Below are positions 1 to 11,544 of a stretch of DNA of 64,000 bases, piece by piece. A program made the position numbers and the translations under genes. Below the pieces are notes generated by a model. The model had not been told where the DNA came from. It was given only the letters and a program-made list of their open reading frames with translations, and made no database searches. Within the stretch, counting starts at the first letter, position 1, and each line of letters opens with the position of its first letter. The stretch is from assembly GCA_049724395.1 (NCBI GenBank), contig JAUGWO010000140.1:1-64000 (forward strand). The letters run 5' to 3'. This DNA comes from Spongospora subterranea f. sp. subterranea. Taxonomy: Eukaryota.

Positions 1-2028
1 CAATCGATTATGATTATCTAAAGCTGAGTAGCTGATTTATTGGGCTGACTTTTATCAAGGATCTGTTCTTGATGATTGCGCTGCTCCGTCGAAGGAATTA
101 CAGTAGCTCGCTGTTCCAATGGTTGGGGTGTTGTAGTGATTCGGCCAAAAGGGCGTTTTACCTAATTTCGAACCATGAGTACCATGAGCTTACTTCAAGA
201 ATTGCAACGAGCCATAGTCAGAAGACATGGACACTTTGGATCTGGAACAAAAAACTCCAATTGTTGTCATAGAGTAGAAGGCGCTCGCACCAAGCGGTAC
301 ATTTGTTGTCAGAATGCCGACGAACACACCACAAAAGGCGACCGAATCGATATCGCAATACTTTGAATGGAATGCTGGATAGAGCAAAGTTCAACCCGGG
401 CTAATCCGCCTTCGTAGTATCTCATGTACTCTATAGTTCCCTGAGATGGTTGCATGGTGTTATAGAAACCAGCAGATAGTCAAATTCCGTTATTTCTGTT
501 GATCGCCGGTGTTATCGCCAATAATGTTTAGCGCAACCAACTTTCACACATTGACCACCATCATGATGATTGTCATAAACGACATCTTAATCATAAACTA
601 CAAGTATTCCTTCGGAGAATGTTGCTTAACCGCATGTAAAGTGTTGATGGGAGATATCGCTATCACAAACCTGTACAATTTCAAAGTATCTTAATGACTC
701 ACCACGTTCCGATGAAATTCAGGGACACCTTTAAACTGGTCCCGGTTATTCCCCAAAATGACGTCATTTGTCACTGGTGTTATGATCATGTTCGTCATGT
801 TCCTGGCGCTGGGAAGTGAGGCGGCGCTACATGTTCGTCACTGGGGTGCACGCCCTGACAGTTACCATCACCGCCATCATCATCATCACCCTCATCATCA
901 CGAGCACTAGTGAGAACATCACACAGGAAAACAAGACGGGGGATGAATTCACGCCAGAACTGTTTCTCGTGAATTTGTTAAAAAGAACAACAACTTTATC
1001 AAACGCCATAAATAAACACAAAGTAAAACTGAATCGAGATCACCATCGGGATGATTTGATAATCGAATTGGTAATCTGAACTTGATTATCAGCGCTGGAT
1101 AATATTACGGTTTTGAGAAGTCACCTTTTGTAATAGAGCATCATCCGCTATAGATTGTTGAACAACCTGATGTTGCGCCTCGATGTATCGTACATTGTCA
1201 TTATATCGGTCCATTGCCGCTTCCATTGCCTTCTGTTTGACCAGCCTATACCCTAATCCGCCGTTCATCTTTTTGGCATTCTGGTTGACTCCCTGGGACG
1301 ATTTTCGAATCGCTTTGACAATTTCAGCCTGGTCCGAACAGAAACGATTTCTTAATCGTCGAATCTGCCGATCGACGTTGGCTGAAGACATCGCAGACTC
1401 GTACGGAAATATTAAAAACCCCGATTAACTTGGAAATGACTCGATTGTTCTGGGAATTGGCATCAGGGTTGGCGGGCAGGAGTTGACGCCGTGGCCCGTG
1501 GCGGAGAATTACCAAGGCCGTGCGGATGTTGTCTCTGCTCATTATTTTGGATTGTTCCATGCTTCAAGGAAATGGTGTGGTGACCTGGTGGACGCGATTG
1601 ACACCGGACGAAGAAGATGACTATGCACCGCCTCATCAAGCAGATTTTACGGCCGAGAAGCGACCTCCAGTTGGGGGCATACATGTCCAGGTTTAAGGTG
1701 TCGTTGTTTTGGCGGTATTGTCTGCATGATGGGGCGGTACATCTGGAAAGCATGCCATTCGCTGACAAAGGCGGCAAAATCGGTTGGATGTGTGTTCCCA
1801 CAGGGTTGATGAAAACCGACGTTTCGTCATCTCCTTCGCCCGGTGTCGATCGCATCCACCCGGTTACCACGCGATCTCCTTTATTCGCCTCGTCTGTTTG
1901 AAATCGTTGTGAAGCAGCTGCTGTCGAGTTTCTACGATGGAAACTTTGATATCTGATGTTTTGTTTTCCGCCATTCACTGGGAACGAAGTTGAGCGTAGC
2001 ACCATATAGTGAATCCTGTGATCTGTAT

Positions 2029-2821
2029 TCAATCCGCCGATTCTGAATGGAGAATGATGAACTCTCGTGAACTTTGCCCAAATCGGAGACAGTCTTTCTC
2101 GAGAAGTTCGTAGAATCGGGCGGATTCGATCCTATCATCGTTGATAAACGACCCATTCGTACTGCCAAGGTCTATTAAATATGGTCGAACAGATACGTGA
2201 AGATCCCCTGTAGCATTCCTGACAGTCTTCTTCCTGAACTGAATGACCGCATGTTGTTTAGAGCACGATGGGTGATCTAATGGTATATCGGCCACTTTTC
2301 GTTCGCGCCCTAGTCGATAACACGTCTTCCGGTGAATATGAAGTGTGTCGATCGTCTTGCCCCCTTTAAATACATACAATCTCCAATATTGTCCAGACGA
2401 CGCTGCATCATGTGGTTCGTGATATCTGGTAAGGTATCAGTCGCCCATACAGAAACGTCGCAATCATAGCGCCATACTGTAGTTTGACTCCACCATAGAG
2501 TTCATGACCATCGGCATCGACAGTATCAAGCAAACCTGTCGCTTCTAAATTGACTTTCTCTTTTTCAACATCCCCAGCCGCCTCCGCTTCCCTAATTGAC
2601 ACAACCCTTATTCAGTACACCAGCATAAGAGTCGCGCCTCTGGCAAACCTGGACTGAATTTCTTTCTCGAGGGCGACGGCCGTTTTCCCGAACCTGTCGC
2701 TATACGACTGCTTGGCCCCTCTCCGTTTGGGTGATGCGGACCTGTCGCGCCTATGTTGAGGTGAATGGCGATGGCGCCCCTGGTGATGCCCTTGGGGCAT
2801 CTGGCTTATGTAGTTGGCCAA
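2029..2821 (-). CDS. SNIP1: FHA-domain splicing factor, SNIP1/Pml1/DAWDLE family (spliced, ~3 exons)
   Basis: RS-rich N-terminus, then WRLYVFKG..., YRLGRERKVADIPLDHPSCSKQHAVIQFR, PYLIDLGSTNGSFIND, YELLEKDCLRFGQSSREF, which is the SNIP1-type FHA domain. Confidence 0.9.
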
Positions 2822-2916
2822 TAAGATGTCCTGTCCCCCAATATATGGCCAGAGCGCCAGGTCAGTTGCGGGACCACTCTAATACCGGGCTGCGCTTACT
2901 ACACTCAATCGCATAG

Positions 2917-3535
2917 GGTGTGTTCCAATCACGGACAAAAAGTGCGTGTACTGTACCTCTTCCCGTATCGGGGTATTTCGATTTCGAGTGTATTCGAAGC
3001 CAAAAAGGTCATTTCATAAATACACAGATGTAAATTACGGCGACCTACTTTGACTTCAATCATCCTTTGGATGATTTGTCCTTTGGATGATTTGTCTTGA
3101 GTTAGTGAATCTGAAAAGAGTTCTAATGACTGACCACAAAACCAAGGTAATGCATCCGGTTTTGCTGCGTGTTCAGGGGTACTTTCAACAGGGTCTTTTC
3201 ATCCTACGGAAGTGGTAGAACAATTCTGGCAGAATCAAGTAATACACCATAAACACTGACCCAGAGCTACTCAAATATGCCGGTGTAGATTATCCGTAGG
3301 ATGAAAAGATCCTGTTGAAACTACCCCTGAACACGCAACAACACCGGATGCATTACCTTGGTTTTGTGGTCAGTCATTGGAACTCTTCATTTCCAGATTC
3401 ACTAACTCAAGACAAACCATCCAAGGATGATTGATGTCAAAGTAGGTACTTTTGTACCCTCTTTGGCTTCGAAATACACTCGAAATACCCAGATCGAGAA
3501 AGGTACGCACGTTTAGTCTGTAATTGTGACCGCAG
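2917..3535. mobile_element. Foldback/MITE-like long inverted repeat (arms ~2917-3210 and ~3293-3535, ~80-nt loop)
   Basis: Right arm is the degenerate reverse complement of the left (e.g. accaaggtaatgcatccgg / ccggatgcattaccttggt; cttttcatcctacgga / tccgtaggatgaaaag). No convincing ORF. Confidence 0.8.
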
Positions 3536-4748
3536 CACGGTATTAGAGGCAGTTTTGGAAAGCCAAAAAAAAATGGCCCCACCCGGTAGTTTAGCGTTAT
3601 TGTAGATTTCATTAGAAATGGACAGTCTGAGGAGTAGGTAAAACCCGGTCCGCAATTGTTTATTCAAGAACTAGAGCTGGTGGTTGACCCGTTTTAGAAT
3701 CGAGACGTCTTTGGAGACGATTTTTAATCTTCTTTCATCAAACCACCCGTGGGAAATGTGTTCTTGAATCACGAATGATAATAGCGCGCAACACGTCATA
3801 TTCAAGTCACAACATGCATTGAATACTATTTAAATAATATCTGCAGCAACAATGTTGTCGTCTAATGCATCTTCCTTGTAAACGGTCATCTTTGCGGTTG
3901 AAGTTTTGGGATGGCCTCGGTCATCTGGCAATGAATGATTTGGGAAGCATGAGTCAATATAGTTGTTGTTTGACGTCATCTATTTATTCTACTCCAAGTC
4001 ATAAGTCATTCATTGCGAGATGGACGAGACTGTCCCCGATAACTTGACCGCATCCTTGACCGTTTTCAAGGGAGATGATACTGTCAGCAGACGACACGCT
4101 TATGCTGCTGCAGAAACTGTTAGTATTCAATGGACGTTGTCACTTGGATTTTGCTTGTTGCACGCTATTATTGTTCGCCACTTAAGAACACATCTTCCTA
4201 GGGTGAGTGTTCCTGATGAAATCAAATTGAAAATAAAAACCGCTGTTCAAGCACCCCAAAGCAGGTTCATCGACCTTTCCGAAGACAATTCGACGTGACT
4301 GGTCGACGCGTATATGCACAATCGTTGATTTGTCAGCGATTGCCGCCCGAACCTCATTCCACTGGTCGTTTTTATTTCCGAACAGGCGTCTGTAAGAAAA
4401 TTCGGGATCAACAAACCCTTCTGGATTGCGAGGGCGACCATAGGCAGGGTCCGTCAGGCAACAGAAGAAATCGTTGCTGCCAACCCTCCCAGTCTTCCAG
4501 ATCGAGCCGTAATTGGCGAGGTAGCGACGAATATTTGGTCGAGGACCAGGGCACGATCTGTCAATCCTGAACCAGTCGAGCAATTGCCGGCCAGCAACGA
4601 TTGGACTACCTCAGAAGTTCACCTGATTCATGCGGACCAATTCGCCGAAATCGTGTTGCGGTTCAATAGGACTGAACTTATCACTGTGGAGGTGAATATT
4701 GCGAGCCTTCGAACCGCCCTGGGAGAGCCTGGTTGATTTTGGGTTTCT

Positions 4749-5294
4749 GTGACGAGCACATTGGGAGTCGTCTCCGTTTTGAAAAGGACTGGCGTCTTAG
4801 ACGTTCTGACTCTCATTCCGCATTCCGAGATTACAACAACGGGGTTTGATTTTATTCGGTCAAACGTCTCAGACTTTGAAGAAGATGGGGCAAGACTCGA
4901 GGAGTTTTTCGATTATTTTGAAAGAATATGGATCAAGAAGTATTCCCCGAACGATTGGAACATCTCGCGTCAGATTGCTCAACAGGAGGAGATTTCCAAT
5001 AGAACGAACAATCCGTTGGAGCGTTACAATTCTTTTTTGAATTCCCTTTTTCCGAGTGCTCATCCTACGTTGGCTCATTTCGTGGGGACCTTGCGGCAAG
5101 AATCGCACAATCAGCTGCAGAAATTGCAGGATTGTCGTTCTGGTAGGGATAAAGCGCCTCCCCATAAGCCGACGTTTACTCCGACATCATCGTTAATATC
5201 GGATTCGTACAAGTCATTCTTATTGGACCAACGTGTTTCACAAGAACCTGTTCAATACGCGTCCAATCCTGATATCAGTAGGGTTTTCATCTAA
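4749..5294 (+). pseudogene. C-terminal fragment of a MULE (Mutator-like) transposase
   Basis: FFDYFERIWI...WN...NRTNNPLERYNSFLN.LFPSAHPTLAHFV contains the third catalytic Glu motif of MULE transposases. The upstream DD region was not found. Confidence 0.75.
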
Positions 5295-5417
5295 AATCAC
5301 CCTCGTATACTAAAGTGCTCGCAATATAGCGACCAATGCATTTGTCGATAGATATGGTGTTCCAGTAATGGCACGATTATCGTTCATCACAGATGCTACG
5401 ATGTGTGGAGTGCACCT

Positions 5418-5690
5418 TGCTACAGCTTTGACCTCCGATGGCGAACCTTCCCCTACAGGCATGTGACCAATATTGCTGCTTTCATTGATCCTAAGTAATT
5501 TCGTAGGTGAACATAATTGTCGGCCGTTGCGTACAACTCCTGCTCAGGGTCAGAAATATAATGCTACAGCTTTGAGCTCTGATGGCAAACCCTCCGTTAA
5601 AGGCATGTGACCAATATTGCAGCTTTCATTGATCCTAAGTAATCTCGTAGGTGAACATAATTGTCGGCCGTTGCGTACAACAGGGTCAGA
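5418..5690. repeat. Tandem duplication, ~140 bp x2
   Basis: gctacagctttga..., ggcatgtgaccaatattgc... and gtaggtgaacataattgtcggccgttgcgtacaa each occur twice in the same order. Confidence 0.8.
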
Positions 5691-5918
5691 ATTATAATGT
5701 TCTTACCAAAGAATCATCTTCGACAAGTATGGATGATGATTGCTCAAGCGGTTCATCAAGTTCTGGCGTCGAAAGTGACGACTTAAATATTCAAAGTAGC
5801 AAAGCCGAGTTTGTTTTTGTCGAGGGTTGTGCTGTCTTTTCCATCCCCAACCCTGTTTCGAATCATTCGGTTACCAATATAGGTATAGATGGTTTTTATG
5901 ACATATTTTAGCTGATAT

Positions 5919-7030
5919 TTGCTTGAGGAATTTCACTGGCTCACCAGCAATGCTTGGCTTGTTGTTCACTTAACGATGTCAATACCATACTGGAAAAGAT
6001 TCTTTTATCTGATTCATCGTCACAGCGAAACCCCGCTGCGAGAATTCTTGGTGGGTCTCCATTCCGACACTATTTTTCAGACATCGAATTTGTTGCCAAA
6101 AAATCTGGTAGACAAGTGTCACAATATTTTGATGGCCGGAGGCTTTACTCCAGATGAACATTACTCAGTTTCTTTAGAAGGTTTCGGAATTTATTCCAGG
6201 TAGAGGCATCATGTCTTAATTGTCAAGTGTTACTGATTTCAGTTCAGAAAACTCATTCATGAAATGCATGATATTTACTCATGGATGAAAACAGTTGCTC
6301 TGGCACGGAAATTCCAAGATTGGATCAAAGAGGCCACCTTCGTTGCGCCAGATCAGGACCCGTTCAATACAGTTTGTATTGAAACGGCGACCAGTATCGT
6401 GCCAGAGGCTTTGATTAACAACCGCCTGGAGCATCAGTTCATGTCGGAGATCAATTCCAGGACGCTGATGGAAAATCTCGCCGGAACGGCTTGCCTGACG
6501 GATGATATCATGAACAACTGGCTACGGCTACAACTTGCAATGCATTCCCATCAGTCAATTGCGTTGTTGGATTCAGTCCTACTGCAGGTATCTGGGACAC
6601 GAATCATCAATCGCCATCGGCGAGAAGCTGCACACTTTAAACCTCAGCGGAAACTGTATTTGATCCCGCTAAATGTAAGACGTCTCAGCATTAATATCCA
6701 CACTTAAACATTGTAATATAGCTTGACAATTCACACTGGGTCGGGTGTGCGGTTGTCGGCAGGCAAGTCCTGGTGTATGATCCACTGGGTCTTGATCAGA
6801 ACTTGAGGCGGATCACTCAGATCTTTGATCAAAATCTACGCCACTTTTTTTCCAATCTAAACAACGGAACGATTGAAGTTTTCTGTAAGACGCAGAGAGA
6901 TACTTCGAGTTGCGGCATATACGTCTTGATGTGGCTGCACAGCATTTTCAGTGGTGGCACCATGGACTTTGTGAAACCGGAGAACATCCCGTTCTTGCGG
7001 TTATGGATGATCCAAGATATGTGCTGTTAA
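5919..7030 (+). CDS. Ulp1/SENP-like (peptidase C48) protease carried by the decayed MULE; spliced, 5' end uncertain
   Basis: CLTDDIMNNWL; IPLN|LDNSHWV after removing intron 6675-6721; VYDPLG; QRDTSSCGIYV. His ~6734, Asp and Cys ~6911 are present. Confidence 0.8.
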
Positions 7031-7224
7031 ATAAATGTATAATTGACTGATGAGAATGTCTGGCAAGTTGAAGCCGTAGCCAGCCGTTGATGATTTCAAA
7101 AATCCTAATACTCTCAGCAAACTCGACAAGCACACACGTCGTGGGAAAATTACTCTAGCCGAAAATCACGTCCTCGATTAAATTCCATCATCGGTCAGTC
7201 GCACAGAATTTATATAAACCCAGT

Positions 7225-7390
7225 GCATCCAAAGACGGGCTGCCCACAGTATCGATCAATTTTCGATCTCGATCAATTGTCGATCAATTGTACAATGTAT
7301 GGCAGTGTTTTGCTCAGTGTATCCACAGACGGGCTGCGCACAGTTTCGATCAATTTTCGATCTCGATCAATTTTCGATCAATCTGTACCC
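7225..7390. repeat. Two ~95-bp repeats rich in cgatcaattttcgat; possible subterminal repeats of the Ulp1-MULE
   Basis: atcca(a/c)agacgggctg...cgatcaattttcgatctcgatcaatt occurs twice. Confidence 0.6.
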
Positions 7391-7419
7391 CACCCCCTAA
7401 ACCTACTGTACTTTTAAAC

Positions 7420-10400
7420 GGGCCTACAGAAAACACTGGCCGCACTAACTGGCCGCAGTTTCTTGGCCAGTTAGTGCGGCCAGTGTTTTCTGTAGGCCGC
7501 TGGTAGGGTGTGAATTAACTGGCCGCATTCACTGGCCTGATTGATCAAAGTAGGCCAGCGATTGCGGCCAGTTAATTCACACCCTAACTAGGGTGTAACA
7601 GAATTCACTGGCCGCACTAGCTGGCCAAAACCTGCAAAAGCTGGCCGCACATACTGGCCTAGAAACTGCGTCACGTGGAATATCACATTTTGCGCGGACT
7701 AAAATCTGGCGAAGGGAATACCTCGTGATGTCCGCATTTCAGTTCTCGTCATGGTGAAGCGAATGGATTGGCAAGCGTGTGATTTCGAAGAACAGGACTT
7801 CGCATATTCACCTGTCAACAGTAGTGAGCACCAGCTGGACAAAGATGGCGTTCCACTGGCTATCAGCGGTGAATGCAGTTATAGGTTCGAACGGATGTCG
7901 GAAAAAGCGAATTTGATGCAGCGATACAGCCATTGGCAGTTTCGCTGCACAAAATCTAAGAAATTACTTAATCCCAAAACCAATGATGTTGCCATAACTC
8001 TGCAATACAAAGTTTGTGCGGGCCTTATCCGCTGTTCCAACAGCGAGTGCCAAGTTATCAAACGGCCCAATCAGAATAAGCCATCACTGATCATACAGAG
8101 GTTCGTTTTACACTTGCGAATAGGCTAAAATAACTCCTTGCTCTATAGTGTTTGTCAGAATTGCTTAATGGACCTTGAGCATGTCAAATGCGAATGCAAG
8201 GTTTTGTGGGTTCATCACTGGTTGAAAGACCGGTGCATTATCTTGCCATCATGGCATTCACAAACATGATGTCCCACATACGAACAAGCCGGATGTGTAC
8301 ACGAAGGCGAAGCTCGTTGACATTATTTCCGCTGCGCCCAACAAAACGGCGATGCAGCTGATCGTTGGAGCTCCGGGTCCGTCCACCGAATCAATACGGC
8401 ACATTTCGCCAGCTTTCGGGAACAAAGGCAGGGTCGCCTACTTTCGCAGGGAGATTTTGAAGGAACTAGGTATTACACTGCCAGGTATTTTTTTCATAGG
8501 TTTGCAAAAGTTTTCTTAATCTAATCAACCCTACAGGCGTTTCCGAAACATTGGATCAGATCAAACAGTTCCAAACTACGTTCACAAATAGCCTCCGATC
8601 CAATGACCTGCATTTATCACGAATGCACGTGTCTGTTGCTTCTCCCTTCATGATTGAAAGGTTTTTTTCTAGATATGCGCGAGACCCATCCAATTCCAAA
8701 ACCATCTCTTCCCTAGGCTTGTCGATCAAAACGAGCTAACAGGACGCCAGTGTGGAGGGTGCGTTTCTGACGTCACGTATTCGTTTTTTAAAAACGGATA
8801 CTTGATGACGTCTGCCGTTTACTGCGTGTTGATCAAAAGGTGGGTTCCTGTTTTGTACTCGTGGCTTGACGGGCTCACCAGCGAGCATCATCGAGTTCAT
8901 TTCGTGGTTTTGCTTGAAATGATCATGTCTCGGTTACGGAGCCAACCTGGCGACTTTACGATGAATGACCGTGTCTCATTGTTCCGTCAACTTTGTGGGG
9001 CAGTTATGGATTATTCCAAAGCCCAAAACCAGGGATTTGTAGCAGCATACGTGAAGGTCAATCATAAACAGGTGTAATCTCAATAGTCACTTACTGTGCT
9101 GTAGGTGTTGAGCGATTACTATCGGGATTTGGGAATTCAATGCTGTCTTAATACATTGACAGAGGATGCAAATAGTCTAATCAAAGGCTGTGAAGTGCAC
9201 TTCATCAACTCGGCGGAGAGAATCAGTAGGAATTCTGCAATTGTCGGATCAGGGGACAATGGACAGTTTTTACACCTTGTAAAGCAAGCTGTTCGAGAAC
9301 CCATGGAGGACGCTTTCAACATCGCTATTGATGCCCTTCAAGTGCGATTTGCGCGTAACGGACTACCTTGTCTAAATTTTTTTAGGTCACGTATCCCAAC
9401 GCTGCCATGTGGTTTGAATGGTGGCTAAAAGAGAGTGTCGCTCGCCTCGTTTTCCGTTGTAAAAGGAAATTCATGGATGCAGAGTTCGCAGAGAAGTCAC
9501 GCAACGATACCAATCCAATCGAAGCTATGCATTCAATGTTTTATCAAATTGCTGAAACCAAGAATTCGATGGTTTTCGGGTTAACATCTCTGATGTTGTT
9601 TTCTGGGACTTTGGAGCAGGATTTCGCCGACGTCCTTGTTGGGCGAGCGATAAATTACGGTAAGTCAATCTGAGACCACATCTGTAGTCTAGATACCGAA
9701 ACAATTGTCAGGTGTAGCCGAACGATGGAAGCGGAGCATTGAAAAATGCCATACTTTAACCACGTCCTCAGCCGTCACACATCGTAAACGTCAACAATAT
9801 GAAAACGACGGACGCCCACCCGACACGTCGAAAAAATTGTTAACCAATAAGTCAGAATCTAAATCAAAACTTGGAAGGCCTAAAGGCAGTAGAAACGTCT
9901 CCCGAGACCCACACGTGACCTATCAATCCTACGCACACACGAACAATACGTGCTATGTGACGACGATTTTGGAATGTTTAAATGCCGTTTTTGATTACAT
10001 TGATGTATGCTGCAGGCCGGGTATTAGTTTCTTTGAACTAATTTTTTGGCATAGATCAAAACTAACGAGTACAGCCCCACGAATATATTCTCCAAAACGA
10101 TGGTGCACTTGAGCAAGCGTCGAGGCTGCCCAGAGAACCGCGTCAAGAAAGAGCTTTCGAAAGGACTAAGAATTCTGACATCGTGGATAATTCACGATAT
10201 CAAGTTATATGCGGCCAACGCGTTTGGCAATCCTTTCGATGTTTTAGAACATCTCTTGAAACAGGCTTCCGAAGATGTTTATAAACAAGTATCCTTTGAC
10301 GTACAGGTCAGTAATCGTCTTGATGGGCATATGAATATTCACCCGACCACAGCGTACATTTATCTGCCATAACGGGCACATACAACCCATCCAGAAACCC

Positions 10401-11503
10401 GGTGTCCAGCGCTGGTTCATCCTGGTATGTTCTTTTGTGAAAAAACAGGTTAACAGTCAGTAAGTTTGCTTTCCATAGAACATTCGGCAGTATATGGTGG
10501 AACAATCTGCGAGTTCGTCTGTGCAGGCGGTTTTGGACCTTCTACTATCTGCTGGTGCCTTTGAAATGACCAACCGACTTTGCTCAGACCCGGCCTGTGA
10601 TGTGGTAGAGGCTGAAAGCATGTTCCGTTGCTGTGTATTCATATGGTTCCCAGGTTCTTACGAAAGATGTTCGCGAGATTATATCAATGCCAGAGAATAT
10701 CATGTTGATCGAGCTGCCAGTAGAGTGTGCATCTGAAAGCCTGATGTGTAATGAACAAGTTACTGCTAACGGGTTCCACTGGCGTCTTGTTGCTCGCATC
10801 TCATCCACATCGGACACAGGTTCACATTTTTATGCACACATCTTGCGTCAAAAAACCGTCAAAATTCCTGGTTGGTATTATTACAACGACCTGGAGAACG
10901 ACGGCAGAGCCTGTTATGTGGAAGGCAAATTTGAAACCCGAAGTCTCTCTTATTATGTGTTCTATGTTAAGATTTAATACAATGAGAAGAATGCATTTCT
11001 GACAGCCGCTTGATAGGATGTGCCCCGCTTGAACAATTTCAAGAAAAAAATGAACAAGTTGTGATAGTTTTCCCTTTGTAATTAGAAAACGTAATGGGAG
11101 AGACGACAGCTTTCGAAGCTGCCTTCCACATAGCAGCTAGCATTGAAATGTGGCCGGCCTGTTGTGTGAATTAACGGTGTTTCGTCGCTGCATTAAGTGA
11201 AAAACTAAATCATCTCTGTAGAAAAAAGAGTTAAGACACACTATGACTTTGAAGTTTCAAATTTTGGGCCAGTTTCTGAGCAATTTTGCAGGTTTTGGCC
11301 AGTTAGTGCGGCCAGTGAATTCTGTCACACCCTAGTTAGGGTGTGAATTAACTGGCCGCAATCGCTGGCCTACTTTGATCAATCAGGCCAGTGAATGCGG
11401 CCAGTTAATTCACACCCTACCAGCGGCCTACAGAAAACACTGGCCGCACTAACTGGCCAAGAAACTGCGGCCAGTTAGTGCGGCCAGTGAATTATAGCCG
11501 CCC
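7420..11503 (+). mobile_element. Full-length Mutator-superfamily DNA transposon (~220-bp TIRs, 9-bp TSD)
   Basis: TIRs at ~7420-7640 and ~11284-11503 are near-perfect reverse complements. Direct repeat cttttaaac at 7411-7419 and 11504-11512. Termini GGG...CCC. Confidence 0.93.
7751..10977 (+). CDS. Multi-exon transposase: GCM/WRKY-like Zn domain + MULE DDE core + C-terminal USP-like (C19) cysteine protease; one +1 frameshift at ~8225
   Basis: VCAGLIRC..ECQVIKRP..CQNC..HVKC..HHGIHKH; SDVTYSFF (D), VMDYS (D), GCEVH, TNPIEAMH (E); YENDGRPPDT; NNTCY; GSHFYAH..WYYYNDL. Confidence 0.8.
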
Positions 11504-11544
11504 CTTTTAAACGAGTAGACGGCTCCAAGTCGTTTTTGAAAAAT

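Noticed and set aside
1..2030. Short ORFs, including a 100-aa minus ORF at 1089-1391
   Set aside because: No recognisable motif; may be a real or decayed gene but cannot be supported
3865..4740. Possible N-terminal half of the MULE transposase at 4749
   Set aside because: No DD or CxxH motifs found in any frame; identity unresolved
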